A DNA stretch of 64,000 nt. It comes from Saccostrea cucullata. Lineage: Eukaryota. Both the position numbers and the translations under genes were made by a program. The notes beneath the pieces are model-generated. The model had not been told where the DNA came from and ran no database searches. It worked only from the letters and a program-made list of their open reading frames with translations. Shown here in pieces: positions 37,382 to 50,663 of this stretch. How positions within the stretch are numbered: position 1 is the stretch's first letter; each line of letters opens with the position of its first letter. The DNA lies in assembly GCF_032062105.1 (NCBI RefSeq), contig NW_026935527.1, positions 124,001 through 188,000 on the forward strand. Reading direction: 5' to 3'.

Positions 37382-38819
37382 ACCCAGTTAGGTCTTGTTT
37401 AATTTTCAGTAGAACCCCCCTCCCCTGTAAATGCTTGTGTAGAAAAGTATGTAAATTAGTATACATAAAAAATGTAGCAACCTCAAGTTCAAAGACATAA
37501 ATATTATTTGTATTGAAAGAGGTTTACGTTTTTTTTGAGTGATGTCAGTTTAGTGCAATATTTTTTTTAAGTTTATTGTATTTTATCCTTGAACATTAGG
37601 GCAATATGCAAAAGTTAAAATTTTTCTATGTAATAATAATTTGACTCAAAGACTGTTTTTAAAACATGTAAGTGTAATGTCTTTAGAGTTTTTGTGTTCT
37701 CTTTGTTATGAGATTAATGCATATAGATTATTAATCAGCCAGAATATTGTAACTTTCATTTACGGTACCTTACTTTGTAAAAGAAAATGTTTATAATTTT
37801 TTGAATGGAGTTTGTATTACAAAAGGGAGGGTGCGCAATGAACCTTTAAGGAGAATTCTTTTCAGAGAGGGCTAGGTAATGACAGCTAGCCAAAGTGGAA
37901 CGTGACTTTTGTAAATAGATCAAAAATTTCAGAATTGCCACTACTTAATCAAACTTAAGAGTATTAGTAAAATTAAATTTTACTTAATTCTGATTTTTCT
38001 TCATCAGTGATATTGAAATGAATAAAATAAATCATATTTTTAATCTACTAGCACATACTATATTATTTTGATTTTATTGTAAATGCAAATATATATTAAA
38101 TTTACCACGGCACAAAGATATTTTATGCATCTAAAAGTAAAACAATATCTTAAACTGCAAATTCCTAATATTTTTGAGAAATATTTTTCCCCTGTGCCTT
38201 TTGAACAATGTGAAAATAGTAAGCACATATGTATAGTACCTACATGTAATTGTTGTAAGAAAGATAATTAGCAATTGCTATGTTTATACAACTTAAGTTC
38301 CGAGAATGTTTCTCCTATTGCTTAAAGCATTTTAACTGTATTGAAATGATTAACATTTTGAAATGATATAATGAGATAGGAGAATTTAAGCAAATTGTTG
38401 TAAATAGTCTATATTGCTATAGAGTTAAAATGTTGTTCATAAAATTGTATTCAGTAAAACTGAAGTAGAGATTCATATATTTGTATTAATGAGATGTTGT
38501 CCTAAATCATACTGCACTCTAATGAAAGCCTAATTTATTCACATTAAAGTGTTATGTTCTGTCAATCTAGTTGTCCTTCATGCCTGATCTGGTGTTCAAT
38601 ACTTGACTCTCTGCACGGAATGACATGGCAGATTGAATGCCTTGTGTGTAAGGAGAGCCCACTTGAGAAGACGGGGGACCACAAATCTGCTGGGGGATGA
38701 TTTAATGGATATGCTGATGAGCATGTGTTCAGTGCATGTTTCATGAGTACTGTTAGATATTTACACAAGTGGCATTTAAACCATTCAAAAGACACCTTAA
38801 GTCTTAAGCTTTCTGCAGG

Positions 38820-39085
38820 GTATTAGAGAATTAGATTATGAAATCATTGAAAATTATTTGCTAACTACCAATAGTACTAGTTATTGTTGCAATTAACATG
38901 GTCATACAGGAGAAGGCTAGCATGCACTTCTTTGGTCCTTAAAACTTAGCTATCTGCTGGAATTAAATTTTAAGTATTAGAGAATTAGATGATGAAATCA
39001 TTGAAAATATTTGCAAACCACCAATAGTACTTGTAAGTGTTGCATTCAACGCGGTCATATAGGTAGCATGCACGTTTTTGGTTTA
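38820..39085 (+). repeat. Imperfect direct duplication, ~154-bp period
   Basis: GTATTAGAGAATTAGAT.ATGAAATCATTGAAAAT...CCAATAGTACT...GGTCATA...TAGCATGCAC occurs twice. Confidence 0.75.
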
Positions 39086-42000
39086 CCTATTTATTTATAT
39101 TTTGAAGATTCTTTTATTTCTTAATGAAATGGAGTCTGCCATTATAATGTGCTCAGGTTGGGCCTTCCCTGACTCAGGGTAAAATTATTGGGTGCTAGGA
39201 CATGTAGAAGTTTGTAATTGGTTTTAACAACATATTAATTATTATTAAATATATAAGCGAGGTTAAACCGGATTAGCCTACGCATGCGCGAGAACTCTAG
39301 AGAGTTCCAATCGGCAATCCTCGGCTGACTCCGCTACACCAATCGCAACTTCTCGGGCCTTTCCGACAAGCTTCCCGACCTCTGATGGAAAGACCCAGAT
39401 GATGCGAATGAGAGTTCACTGGCGGATCCAAATTTCCAATCTAATACACATACCTTTATATACAAACTAAACATTGATTCTATGGCACAAGCATTTAAAA
39501 AGTAGGAAGAATTTGCAATGCAGAGATAACTTAACAACTTGAATTAAAAACTTCATTCAACGACTAGTTCTAGGTTTTTAAAAGATAGATCTTTACCGGC
39601 ATTAGTTTTGTGCATCAAGACTCGCAAAAATAATTTGATATATAGGAATCCAAATACAACTTGATACAAGCCTGTAGCAACGGCTTTCCATGTGGGGGAG
39701 GGGGGAGGGGGGCTCTGAAAAAAAATCTGCTTACTTAAGAGCTGTGCTACATGTACATGCTTACCATCAGCTTTAATTTTCTAATGTTAGATTTCTTCCG
39801 AATAAATCTAGAATATTATATGTCTAGTATATGTAAAGTCCCAGTCATTGTGGGTTAAATGTATCAAAATAGCCCGAATTTAAAGATGACACTTGAAAAT
39901 TATATGCCAGTCGGAGATTAAATCTAACAAAATTTTGCTATGAAAGTACATGTACTATCAGTCAAAGTAGGCAGATCATTGTAGAAATGTGAACGAACCT
40001 ACATGAATATTCAATAAACTTAGAAATTTTTTTCTTTAATCAAATTTCGGTTAGAAACACCTGCATATGGTCCACGTATTGTAGTCCTTTTTTTAAAGGA
40101 CAGCAACTTGTTATTTAACATTAGCGTATAAAGTAGACTTCCTTAATTTTGCGTACAATACTCGCCAATATTGTCATTTTAGACATTCATCTAATCCAAA
40201 CATGATTTTTTTTTCAAATAATGATCTAACAAACTAGTTGAAACATTTTAATTCCATTTTCAAATGACAAAATCAACAGATTTATTGTGATGAAAGTTAA
40301 AGGCAATAGGAGTGTTTGTGTTCACACTCATAAAAACCTTTGCTGACATGTCTTTTTTGAAATCTATTTATCACTCTCTTTATTGGTCAATTTGTTCAAA
40401 CATTGATGTCTACATTTCATTTTTAAAAAGAATTTGCCAACGCAGGCAATTCCCGGTATTTCTTTAAAAAAAATAATGTTAGGTTGAACAATTAACCGCA
40501 ACATCCTGCATGTTAAAATATGAAATGTGCATTTTAAGTTGTTTTCCTTGCCTGTGTGCAGATTTCGACTTGAAATCGATGTTTTTATTAAATTTCTATA
40601 TAGGAGATATAAACAGATATAATTAAACAGCATTAGACACATTTTTGATGATATTTTGGAATCATTTATTTTTAATTTTGCAGGAGATTTAAAAATTGCC
40701 TAGTCAAGATTATTTTTTAAAGAGTATTCCAGGTATGTATCAAGGATTGGTGTTTCGGGGAATAGCCGTTTTCTTCGAAATGTCTTTATGACTCTTCTTT
40801 TGAAATGTTCAAATATGTTTTTTGAACATCAAAAGGACATAAAAAGTATTTACGAATTTTGCATTGCAGATTTTTACAAATGAATCAAACTAATTGTGAA
40901 ATTTTGTAACTATATACCCTCGATCTTTGATCATAGAAATGAACAAAATGTTACAAATATCAAAGCTAAATATATAATGACGTTTTACACTTTAAAGTAG
41001 TGCCTGTCTATGTACACCCTCCCCATATTTTTGGAAATCTTTATTTTTAATAAGCCAATAGCGAAAATACGTAGTATAAAGAAATACTAGTACATGTATT
41101 TTTCCTTATTCTTTTCAATGTGTAGAAAACGAAAATCTATTTTTAAAAGATTTAGTTTCAGAGTTCACAGAAAAATATGTTTTTAAAGACATTTTTCAAA
41201 GGAACTCTTAGATCCAGCGTGATGGATTTGTACTTCGGCTACACATGCTTCAGGGCAGATTTAATTTCGATAAGAGTACATACTCTCTGGAAATAGGATT
41301 GGTTATTTGATTAAAAAAAGTAAAATTTGTTGTTGAAAAAAATTAAATTTCCTACTCAAAAGAAAATTCGTCTACTATTAATTAATACATGTATATATAA
41401 AAAATAAAAATCGTTGAACACCTTTTGAATCCATCGTAGATTCGTAGCTGAACACATTTTATAACTATCAATTTAACAGGTGTAAGTGACCATGAACAGT
41501 AAAATAGATCAATGTCTCGTTTGTCCGCGGCCTACAATAGAAATAAATGCCCTTATCCATGTGTTAAGTGCTGTTAGAAATAAAACAAAAATTAACAAGT
41601 TAATAAAAAGGGATACCTTTGATTAATCTTTTTATTTTGCTGATTTATTGTCCAATCAATAGTGCGCCTGAAGTATTCTGTAGAGGTTAAGGCTGGTTCA
41701 AGGCTTTTTTCCAGTAAGGTGTCGGAGGTCCTACTTAGCGTCCAGGCTCGATATTGACGTCAAAAGTTTAATTTCTAAATTCAAAGGTCGTAAAAAATTA
41801 TATAACCGGTTAATAAGCTCTTAAAACCACATAACCCTTAAAACATTGAATGTGATGTCTTTTGTAAGCCGGGTGTCATATATTTTGAGTATCGTCATTA
41901 CCTTAAAAGATAGTTTATTTTTAAGTGCAAAAAAGATCAAATAAAAGAAACTAATTTTTAGAAAAGTTCAGGAGGAGTCAGGTGGCCGCGTGAAACTACA

Positions 42001-44066
42001 TAAGATTTCAATAGCCTAAGAACAATGTATAAATCAAACATAACACGACTGTCTGTGAACACCTATATTTAATTATCTGACGAGGATTACGATTGCAACA
42101 GTAGAAATCCATTTAACAGAACTTTCTCCAAATCATTTTTTAAAGTTGCCTTTTCTAGCCTATTCTTATATTTTTATACTTTAAAGAATTTATCACATTA
42201 TTTAGATCTTAATACCAAGCGATCACTTGATATGAAGGATGATTAAAAGTATAGGCCATCATACTATACAATGTTATCGGTCAATTTCCACCTGGGTAGT
42301 AACTCTTTTTACACTTTAAGGCCAGAAGTAATACCAAGTTACCAAATTTATAAAGATTTTATCGCTATACCTCCTACCCCGAACTATCAGACATAACGAA
42401 AAATAGCTTGTCAATTCGACACTCGCCATTCACTAACTTATTTAGATAGCATCCCGCGATGGTCTATACTATTTATTACTTTCGGCAAAAGACTAAGTTT
42501 TTGCCAACCGAAACCCATACGCATTTCTCTTGTACCATTTGTGTTTTGGTCCGTTGAAATTAATTTTTTTTAGAAGACAGGTATATAAGTTCGATATTTT
42601 TAAAAATATATTCTTTGATTCCACTGTCATCCATTTATTTATAAAGCCACCAGTACTGATACGTCAAGAATCGATATGCTACAAGTTAATGGACGTTCTT
42701 CTTTTAAAACATGAGTTACCATTCTCTTCAGAAAAAAGTGCCGTCAAAATGGGCCCGAATTTTTTCTCTGTTGGGCAAAAGTGGGAAAGGACAAGTTCAA
42801 AGAAAACTTTTATGTGATACATTATGAAAATAAATCTCGGGGGCGAACTTGACTTTGCTGTCTTCTCCTTTTCCCTCATTATGTCCGTAACACGATACCA
42901 GTGCCAAAGAACGCATAGTGCTTGTATCAGGTGTTATATATTTATCCTTAATTGGTCCTCTTACAATAATTCTGTAGACCCACTTAATCCTAAACCTGTT
43001 TGCTTTTTATTTCCTGAAATTACTTTATTGCAATCTTCATGGATATACAAATATTTATATAAGGGATACATGTTGGGAAGCATGTAAAGAATGTTTATTA
43101 ATAAATTATTAAAACCTCTCTGATTGAATTGTACAGAAATAGACTATCAAAATAATGTCTATTAACCTTCAGATTGAAACAGTTCGATGTCAGTTTTTAA
43201 ACGTCATATGAAGATTTTGCTAGGGGAGAGAGAGAGAGAGAGAGCAAAATTCTGTAATAAGTAATTTGCCAAAAAATAACGACTGCAGATAAAAAAAAAT
43301 AACTTATCACATCAGATACCCATGTTCTAAGCTATAAGTATGATCTACAACGACGGGTTAAATAAAGCATTGGTCGTAAAACGTTTCTTTTCAGTTTGGT
43401 TAGTAGATTAAAGCAGGATAATCAATAAAAGAAAGTTTGGAGTTTGGAATGGTATAGATCAGGCATGTAATCTGGGGGTAACTGTATGTATTTTGGGATA
43501 TGTAAACAGTGTTTTGAGGGGATATCGACAGGTTCCTGATAGTGAAATAAGGGCAGGAACGACCACTGATCTCTGAATCAATACGCCTGGAGACCTGCCT
43601 TAGTCGGCTGACACAGAAACGGATATTAACCCACACTCAGTGCTTTGTAAATTACCAAAATTACTCATACCATGTTGAACAGCATGTTATGAACAATGTT
43701 GTAAACCTTATCTTGCACAAACCCCAAATTGAAGTAGGAAAAATACGAAATGAAATAAATGTTTCAAAAACGAGCTTATTGAAGTCTTTCAATTTACGAG
43801 TCCCAATATTTGTAAATCACAGCCTTTTCCTTGAAAAACTGAGTCAGAAGTTTCAATGAATTTGAAAACTTTTATAAAAGATTCATTATATGACTTTTAC
43901 TACTGTGTTCCTTGCTTACGTCAACGCTTTTGCAAGTTGCTAAATCTTGGAGCCATTTTACATTATATGATCATAATATAACATATTATAGAACATCATT
44001 TTTATTTTTCTTCCATAAAGCGTAGCCCTTGTTTAAAACTTTTTTTTGAAAAAAAAATTTTTTGTG

Positions 44067-44342
44067 AAGAGCGTCTGTTCTATAGTCGCGAAGTAAGGAG
44101 TCGATCCTTATTACGCCGCGGGTTCAAATCCCTCTGTGGGACGAGGAGACCGGTCCTTCGGATAAACCGAGGTCCCGTGTAGCAGTAGGTGCTGGCACGA
44201 AAAAGATCCCTCCCTGCTCAATGGCCCTGAGTGCCGAGTATAGGACAAAATTTGTAGCTCTCCACCGGCAAGGGTTGACGTCTCCAAATGAGTGAAAATT
44301 CTCCAGAGGGGCGTTAAACAACATACAATCCATCAATCAATC
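44067..44342 (+). mobile_element. tRNA-derived SINE
   Basis: GGTTCAAATCC B-box, shared body, (CAAT)n tail. Confidence 0.85.
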
Positions 44343-45204
44343 TTCCAAAAAGAACCCGTATGATTCATTGAAGAACACGACAATTCTTCAACATTTATCA
44401 ACTTATTAAAACTAAGAAGAATAGTTTATATGAATCAATACACACATTGGAAATAATTTCAGGTGTACGATGTCTGCAATACTTTTTTTGCATAATGAAT
44501 CTCACTATTCACACCTCTGAAATATCTTTGAAAGGTCAAATTACAAATTCGCAACTGAACCAGAGTGATTTTTCTTTTATTTCCAATATTAGGGTATTTA
44601 ATCTCAAAGTCTGTGAAGTAAACACAGAATTTCCCCAGACAGGGAGTTTAATATGATTAACGTGCTATTTATTGTATCAAGGTACTGCCAGATGGATAAA
44701 GCGACGTCGGAATGTTTGTTTTTAGAACTATTGACAATCGAACTTGAATCGGTTCCAGCCGATAGGTAGCACTCGATCATGTCATCGGTAAAACCTCTAA
44801 ATTAAGGACAAGGACATTATAGGTTTGCACCCGATGCCTGTCACGTGATTTACATTCCGTTTTATACTCAATTTTTTGGCAAAAAGAAGAAATGTTTACT
44901 TTTGATTTCATATAAAGAATTGTATATTTTGTTAGGAAATTATTAAAGGTCTTTTTTTAAGGTTCACTATAAAGAGATGGCTAAATGAATTAGCTGCTGC
45001 CCATCCACCATCGTATGGTAAAAAAAAACATAGATGCAAGTCGCACGGCGTATACTATATTAATAAAACTCTGTGGATCAGCCATTCAACATTTTGATCA
45101 ACAAATCGTATTTTTTTACTTAACATTTTATATACTATGAACATAACGCAAAATGTGTCGTTGTTGCAATTCGCCATTTCCGAGTTCAGGCATATGTAGC
45201 AGGA

Positions 45205-45400
45205 TATAAGAAACTACAAACAGTAATTAACTCAAAATTGCTTTGAAACAGAAAAAGGGGACAGAGCAAACGCAGATACAAAAAAAAAAAAACAGACGTG
45301 GGATCAGGTGCCGCGGAGGAGTAAGCACCTCTGTTGACCGGTCAGACTCGCTGTGTACTCCTTGTCATGATCTAGAAAACGGAAAAATCCATATGCAATT
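45205..45400 (-). mobile_element. 3' remnant of the RT-element family seen at 9826 and 24290
   Basis: CAGAGCAAAC...GTGGGATCAGGTGCC..GGAGGAGT...ACGGAAAAATCC matches 9884-10012. Confidence 0.6.
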
Positions 45401-45917
45401 CAATGTGTAGATAACTGCATAGAACTATATGTGCAGTTTGAAAAAATGTTAGTCATTGAAACTGACTTGTTGTAAAAGTGAAAAGTCTTTATATCTTATT
45501 AAATATCAATATGAAACATAAATCCTAAATCTTTATATACATAGTGGAGATGAGGCTTCTGATTTGAAATTGTTTAAATTACATTTTCCAGACATAAAGA
45601 TATCCCTTTTACTCTGTAACTTTCCTCATTTGTATATATTGTGATATAAATTGCTCATCAAAAATATCCATTTGATGAAGTCATTAACCTGAAGCGAAAA
45701 AATTCACATGAAAAAGTCTCCATGCATGTTTTATATACTTTTAATAATAGTATTTCAGTATTTTAGTATTTTATATCTAATATTTCAGGAATAAAAATGG
45801 ATTGAATATCTTTCACTGAACTCCAAAGACTAAATCAAAGAATTTTCTTAGCAACTTCATTATATTGACTTTCTGACAAATGTTAATATGTATCAATTTA
45901 TAAAATATTTCTTCATA

Positions 45918-47248
45918 CGAGACTGTTCAATAAATAATGTCCTGAGCTCTATGACATACATCAAAGATATTATATGGCATTAAGCTTGACTTTCTCTCAT
46001 GATTGAATCTTTAATGAACAGATAACTGTTTACATATGTATGTGACCACTTTTGACCACATAGTTTCATTGTGAGAAGCCGGAAAACAAGGGCTATTCGA
46101 GACACTGTATTACAAATGAATGGTAAAGAATCGGTAAACTAGAGTGAAATTAAACGCTTCGTGAAAGCTGCTGTAAAATTCGTTAAGAATTCAAAAGAAA
46201 TATTCAATGAAATATGTAAAATTTACAGCAACCAATGTCTGTTTTATAGACACATGAGCAGGTGGATTTCAATGAACAAAAATGATATACGCGAGTAATG
46301 GGCATCAAAATTGAATACCGTCCTTGGTGACAAAGACTTACAACAACCAATGTACTGTTTGCCAAAATTCAACAAATATCACTGATGATGTTTGATTGAA
46401 TTTAAGACACATATAGGTATCATTTTGGGGATAGTTTACACTGTTTCAATTTCTGGAAAATTCTAGAGAGCAATTTTTTGCCAAAAAAAAAAAAAAATAG
46501 AATGGTTTATGAGAGGATGGAACCAGAATCAGAAATCCACTACATTTAATTTCTTCATTAGACCGTCCAAACCAGCACGACTTGAAGAGTAAAGGAGTTT
46601 TTGGGATAAACAGAAAGTTAATGTTTTGTCACATCAACAATACTCGCCAGATCTTTCACCCTTTGACTTCATTTTCCAAACTTGAAAAAACAACTTTTAG
46701 AAAGAAGAAACAAATTCACGAAATCATAGGATCTGCCATATTCCAGTATACGAAGGGCCATACTCAAAAATGTGTTCTAAAAACAATCAGAAATTTGATA
46801 AAAATGTTACGGACATGTGTTTTAATTAAAAGAGAATATTTAAGGATAGACGAGACGTTCCTCAATAATATATAATTTTTTCTAATATTGTATCATTGAA
46901 GAATTACTACTTTAACATGTTTACTCACAAAAAAATTAGGTACCCCACTCGGCATTTGTGCAAGATACCAGAGGATGGCATTTCTCATATAATCCTTTAG
47001 GGAAAAAAACTTAAGTTTGCCAAAATGACATTTTCAGTGTTTCAAATTTTTAAAATCAATTAGAAACCGCTTTAGAAATCAGAAAGTAATTAAAATTTGT
47101 ATATTTTTCATACATTATTATGATATACAAAACAGAAATTTGGGGAACGTGTCGTCTGACCTTAAGTGAAATCATTAAGGCTAAATCATTGAAAAGTGTT
47201 TTTTGTTTCTTTTCGAGCACCGAGGAATGATTTATTGAACAGCCCTAG
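45918..47248 (+). mobile_element. Decayed, roughly full-length mariner transposon with a transposase pseudogene
   Basis: TA-flanked imperfect TIRs sharing CTGTTCAATAAAT, 1.33 kb apart. Relic N-terminal HTH EIKRFVKAAVKF...KEIFNEICKIY...RW (~46130-46270) and C-terminal GSAIFQY...LRTCVLIKREY (~46730-46840); stops and frameshifts. Confidence 0.75.
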
Positions 47249-48620
47249 TATAGTAAATCTAAGCGTTTGCAATGACATATTCGCGTTTTGAAAGCATAAT
47301 GAGCTACTCATTAAGTATCAGACCATAACAGCAAACAAATTAAACACTACCAATGTATTATCACCGATCGGATATATCTTTTGTGTAAGTAAATACCCGA
47401 GAATCAAAGGAAACAGAGATAGAAACAGAACCAAGAGAAAAAAAGCTAGTGTCAATAAAAAGCATGGGTAATGAACACATGTTTTATTTGAGTAGAGCAA
47501 ACAGTCTCCATTTGTTTTATTATATGTTTGCTCACTTGGTGATGGCTTAATGCAGAGAGGTTGGCTGACAGAGGTCGATCGTGGTCTCAACAAAAGACAT
47601 CTCTGTAGGGAAGGACAGGGGGAATCTGTCTCTTCAATTGGAGAGTACTTCAAATTGTGGCTAAATCTGTGCAAACATCAAAGGCAGGATGAACCCCAAC
47701 ATATACACAGAATACAAGATCGCAAGGGTTACATTACTTGCAACATAATAATTTCAACATATCCCGCTATTACCTGATAGACCTATTGAATATAAAAATG
47801 CAATTTGCATTGATTTACAGCTTTTCTGTATGAGGTAGTAAAATTTGGCTTTTTTCACATGGTTAGGGCTATGATTGGTTATCAAAAGTCATTCGGGACA
47901 AATACTGTGAGGACAACAGCATATAACTGCCAATACTTCATGATACTTCACGTGCAGAAGAGATAGTAAAGAATCATTCTATTTCTTAATAGACCCCTTC
48001 TGACCAATAAATCAAAAAGGTTGAAGTATTTTTCAACACGTGTCCTTAGAAGTATCGAAGCTAGGAATGTGCACCTTTCCAATAATAATAAACTGATTTG
48101 TCAATTTTAAATATTTATGTGGGGGTCATGCAGTACCCATTCCACTTTGATGTTATGGGAATACTACTAATACACCAGTCTTGCAAGTGTTTTCTTCTGA
48201 AGTTATAAAACAATAATTTTAATATGTTTCAATAATTTTTTTTTTTAAATATCCCTTCCGGTTCAGTCGATTCACATATCAACCCAAACGCGACGAACAA
48301 ATTTGCAAATGTCGAATATTTAACAATTCAACAAACATTTCTCTATCTAATTTAAGTAACCATACGTACTTAAAGTATTCTGAAACTTTTTTTTTTCGTT
48401 TGAACAAATTCAATAATCAAGACCTAAATTCGTTATTAGAAATCTAAGAATTCGTCTAAACGATTTTTATTCGTTGTAACAAGTTTTAATTCGTTTTTAG
48501 AAATCAAATCCATTAAAACGAATTCAAAGAAATTGTTGTAACGAATTTAAATCGTTATAAATTCAACGATTTGTGATATCGAATTCACAAAATATTTTTG
48601 ATAGGCCCAAAGTAGGCTTC

Positions 48621-48912
48621 TACAGAAGCCCATTTAGGACCTATAAAAATAATTTTGAATTCAACATGTTCAACATAACGAATTGTCGAATTTGTTAAAA
48701 CGAATTTAATTTATTATAACATTTTTTTTTTGAAATTTATTATAACAAATTAAATCTGTTACAACAGTTTGTTACAACAAATTAAATACGTTAAATACGT
48801 TACAACGAATTCAGAAAATTGTTATAACGAATTAAATTCGTTCTTACAATTTCAACCATTCATTATATCGAATTCAAATATATTTTTGATAGGTCCCAAA
48901 TAGGCTTCTGTA
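48621..48912. mobile_element. MITE with TAC...GTA termini and 6-bp TSD (GGCTTC), IS3EU-like, nested in the TIR of a related copy (~48390-48922)
   Basis: GGCTTC|TACAGAAGCC...GGCTTCTGTA|GGCTTC; internal AACGAATT subrepeats. Confidence 0.65.
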
Positions 48913-49269
48913 GGCTTCCGTATATTTGGTATAAAATTAGTACAATTCTCAGTCAACCTATGACTTTCAGTAGGTAATTGGTATTCTCGACGCTACCCAA
49001 TTAGCGTGTGAAATTTACACAGCCTTTCATTCACGGTTGAAATATACATTCCGGCGAATGTCAACTAGTGTAGAAATGATCCAATGGTTAATGTTTCGTA
49101 CGGCGTATAGGTGGGGCTTAAGTCGTCTTATCGTTGTCAACAACAATTTAAATTTAACCAATGAGAAATTATTCGCCATTTGAGAGCCGCTAATTACGTA
49201 GTTTCGTGAAAGTCATGCCCTCCTGAGAGTTCAAGTACTAGTTAAACTGATAATTTTACTTATACTTTT

Positions 49270-49835
49270 GACTTAAGATCTTGACTTGTTTAGAGTTTGA
49301 CACACTTTTAAAATCTTTAACCTTGGCCATAATTTTTGAACAGTTAATAAAAAGTTAGGGCTTTCATATTTTACATTCTATATTCTTTGTGACAAGACCG
49401 TGTTTTGGATACCAACAATTTTGACCTTGACCTTGGAATTCAACTACATGTACTTCTACAAAACTTTAACTTTTGCCATAACTTTTGAAAAGTTCGTACT
49501 AGGGTTTTTATATTTCACAAGTGTATTTCTTATTAAAGGCCAATTCCTTGGTACCGTCAACTTTGACCCTTTGACCATAACCTTACAGTTTGACCCATTT
49601 CAAAAAATCTTAAACCTTAGCCATAACTTTTGAATGGTTGGTGCTTGTGCTTTCATATTCAATAAACACAGTGTATATTCATTGACAAAAGTCCTTGGGG
49701 TGGGGGGGGGGTTAACAAGATGATTGACCTTTTGCCCATGCCATTTGAGTGAAACTTGCATTTGAGAAACTTTAATCTTCATAGAAAGCTTTCGTACGGG
49801 GGCATCGGTCTTTCCCAAACTTTCCCATTTGTCTT
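49270..49835 (+). repeat. Degenerate tandem-repeat remnant, probably a HINE-like element
   Basis: Recurring TTGACCTTGACC / AACCTT.GCCATAACTTTTGAA units, about three copies. Confidence 0.5.
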
Positions 49836-50663
49836 CTTTTTTTTCAACATAAATTGTATATATCAATGCAAGAAACATCTTTTTGACACTTTGTTTAGAC
49901 TGGTACATATTTGTTGCTTTTGGGAGGTAACATGTTGGCATGTAATGTGGACAGTGTTTTTTTGATAGTTTATAAATGAATCTGGAATATTAACTATTAA
50001 TACTACATATTTGTGTCAACATTATCTACTCTGTAAATCATTATATGTTTTAATTGTAATGACTATATTTACTAACAGTAGAGGAACTTGTAATTAAGCT
50101 GTTAGGACTTTTTTTTCCAGATCTTTTGTATATATCATTCAAATATGTTAAGATAAAATCAGGAAGATTGAAAAATTCTATCATGATAGCAATATTTATA
50201 TTTACGCATGTCATCAAAAAGGTACAAGGCTGTACTTCATGTCAACGATCGTTGATCAAGTTAGATTACTTTGATATTGAAGTGTAAAACAATGTGTTCT
50301 CACGATTCTTCTCAGTATGAACTTTATGAGTGAGCAAACACTGAACTAGATTAGACTGTGTAACAGTAGATAAGAGAGATAGAGAGGGGGAGGGGGAGGA
50401 GGGATGGGGTATGTGGGTGAATTTGGACTACCATACTAGCCTCATATAAAAGTACCTACGTATGTGAAAAATAAAGATTAAGGCTGAGTTACCACTTAAA
50501 TTAGAAAAAACGAGACAAACCTTTAGACGGATAGTTTTCATTGGACAATGAGGCAGACAGCCATTTTGTTGAAAATTTTGCTTAACGAATTTGATACAAA
50601 CATTCAATATAAATTCAAACTACATGTATAACATTCACTACAGTATATCTAGTTTAATTGTAA

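Noticed and set aside
43390-47780. GC-richer patches at ~43400-43640 and ~47500-47780 that might be exons
   Set aside because: No consistent splice phases or recognisable protein; may be UTR or regulatory DNA of a gene outside the window.
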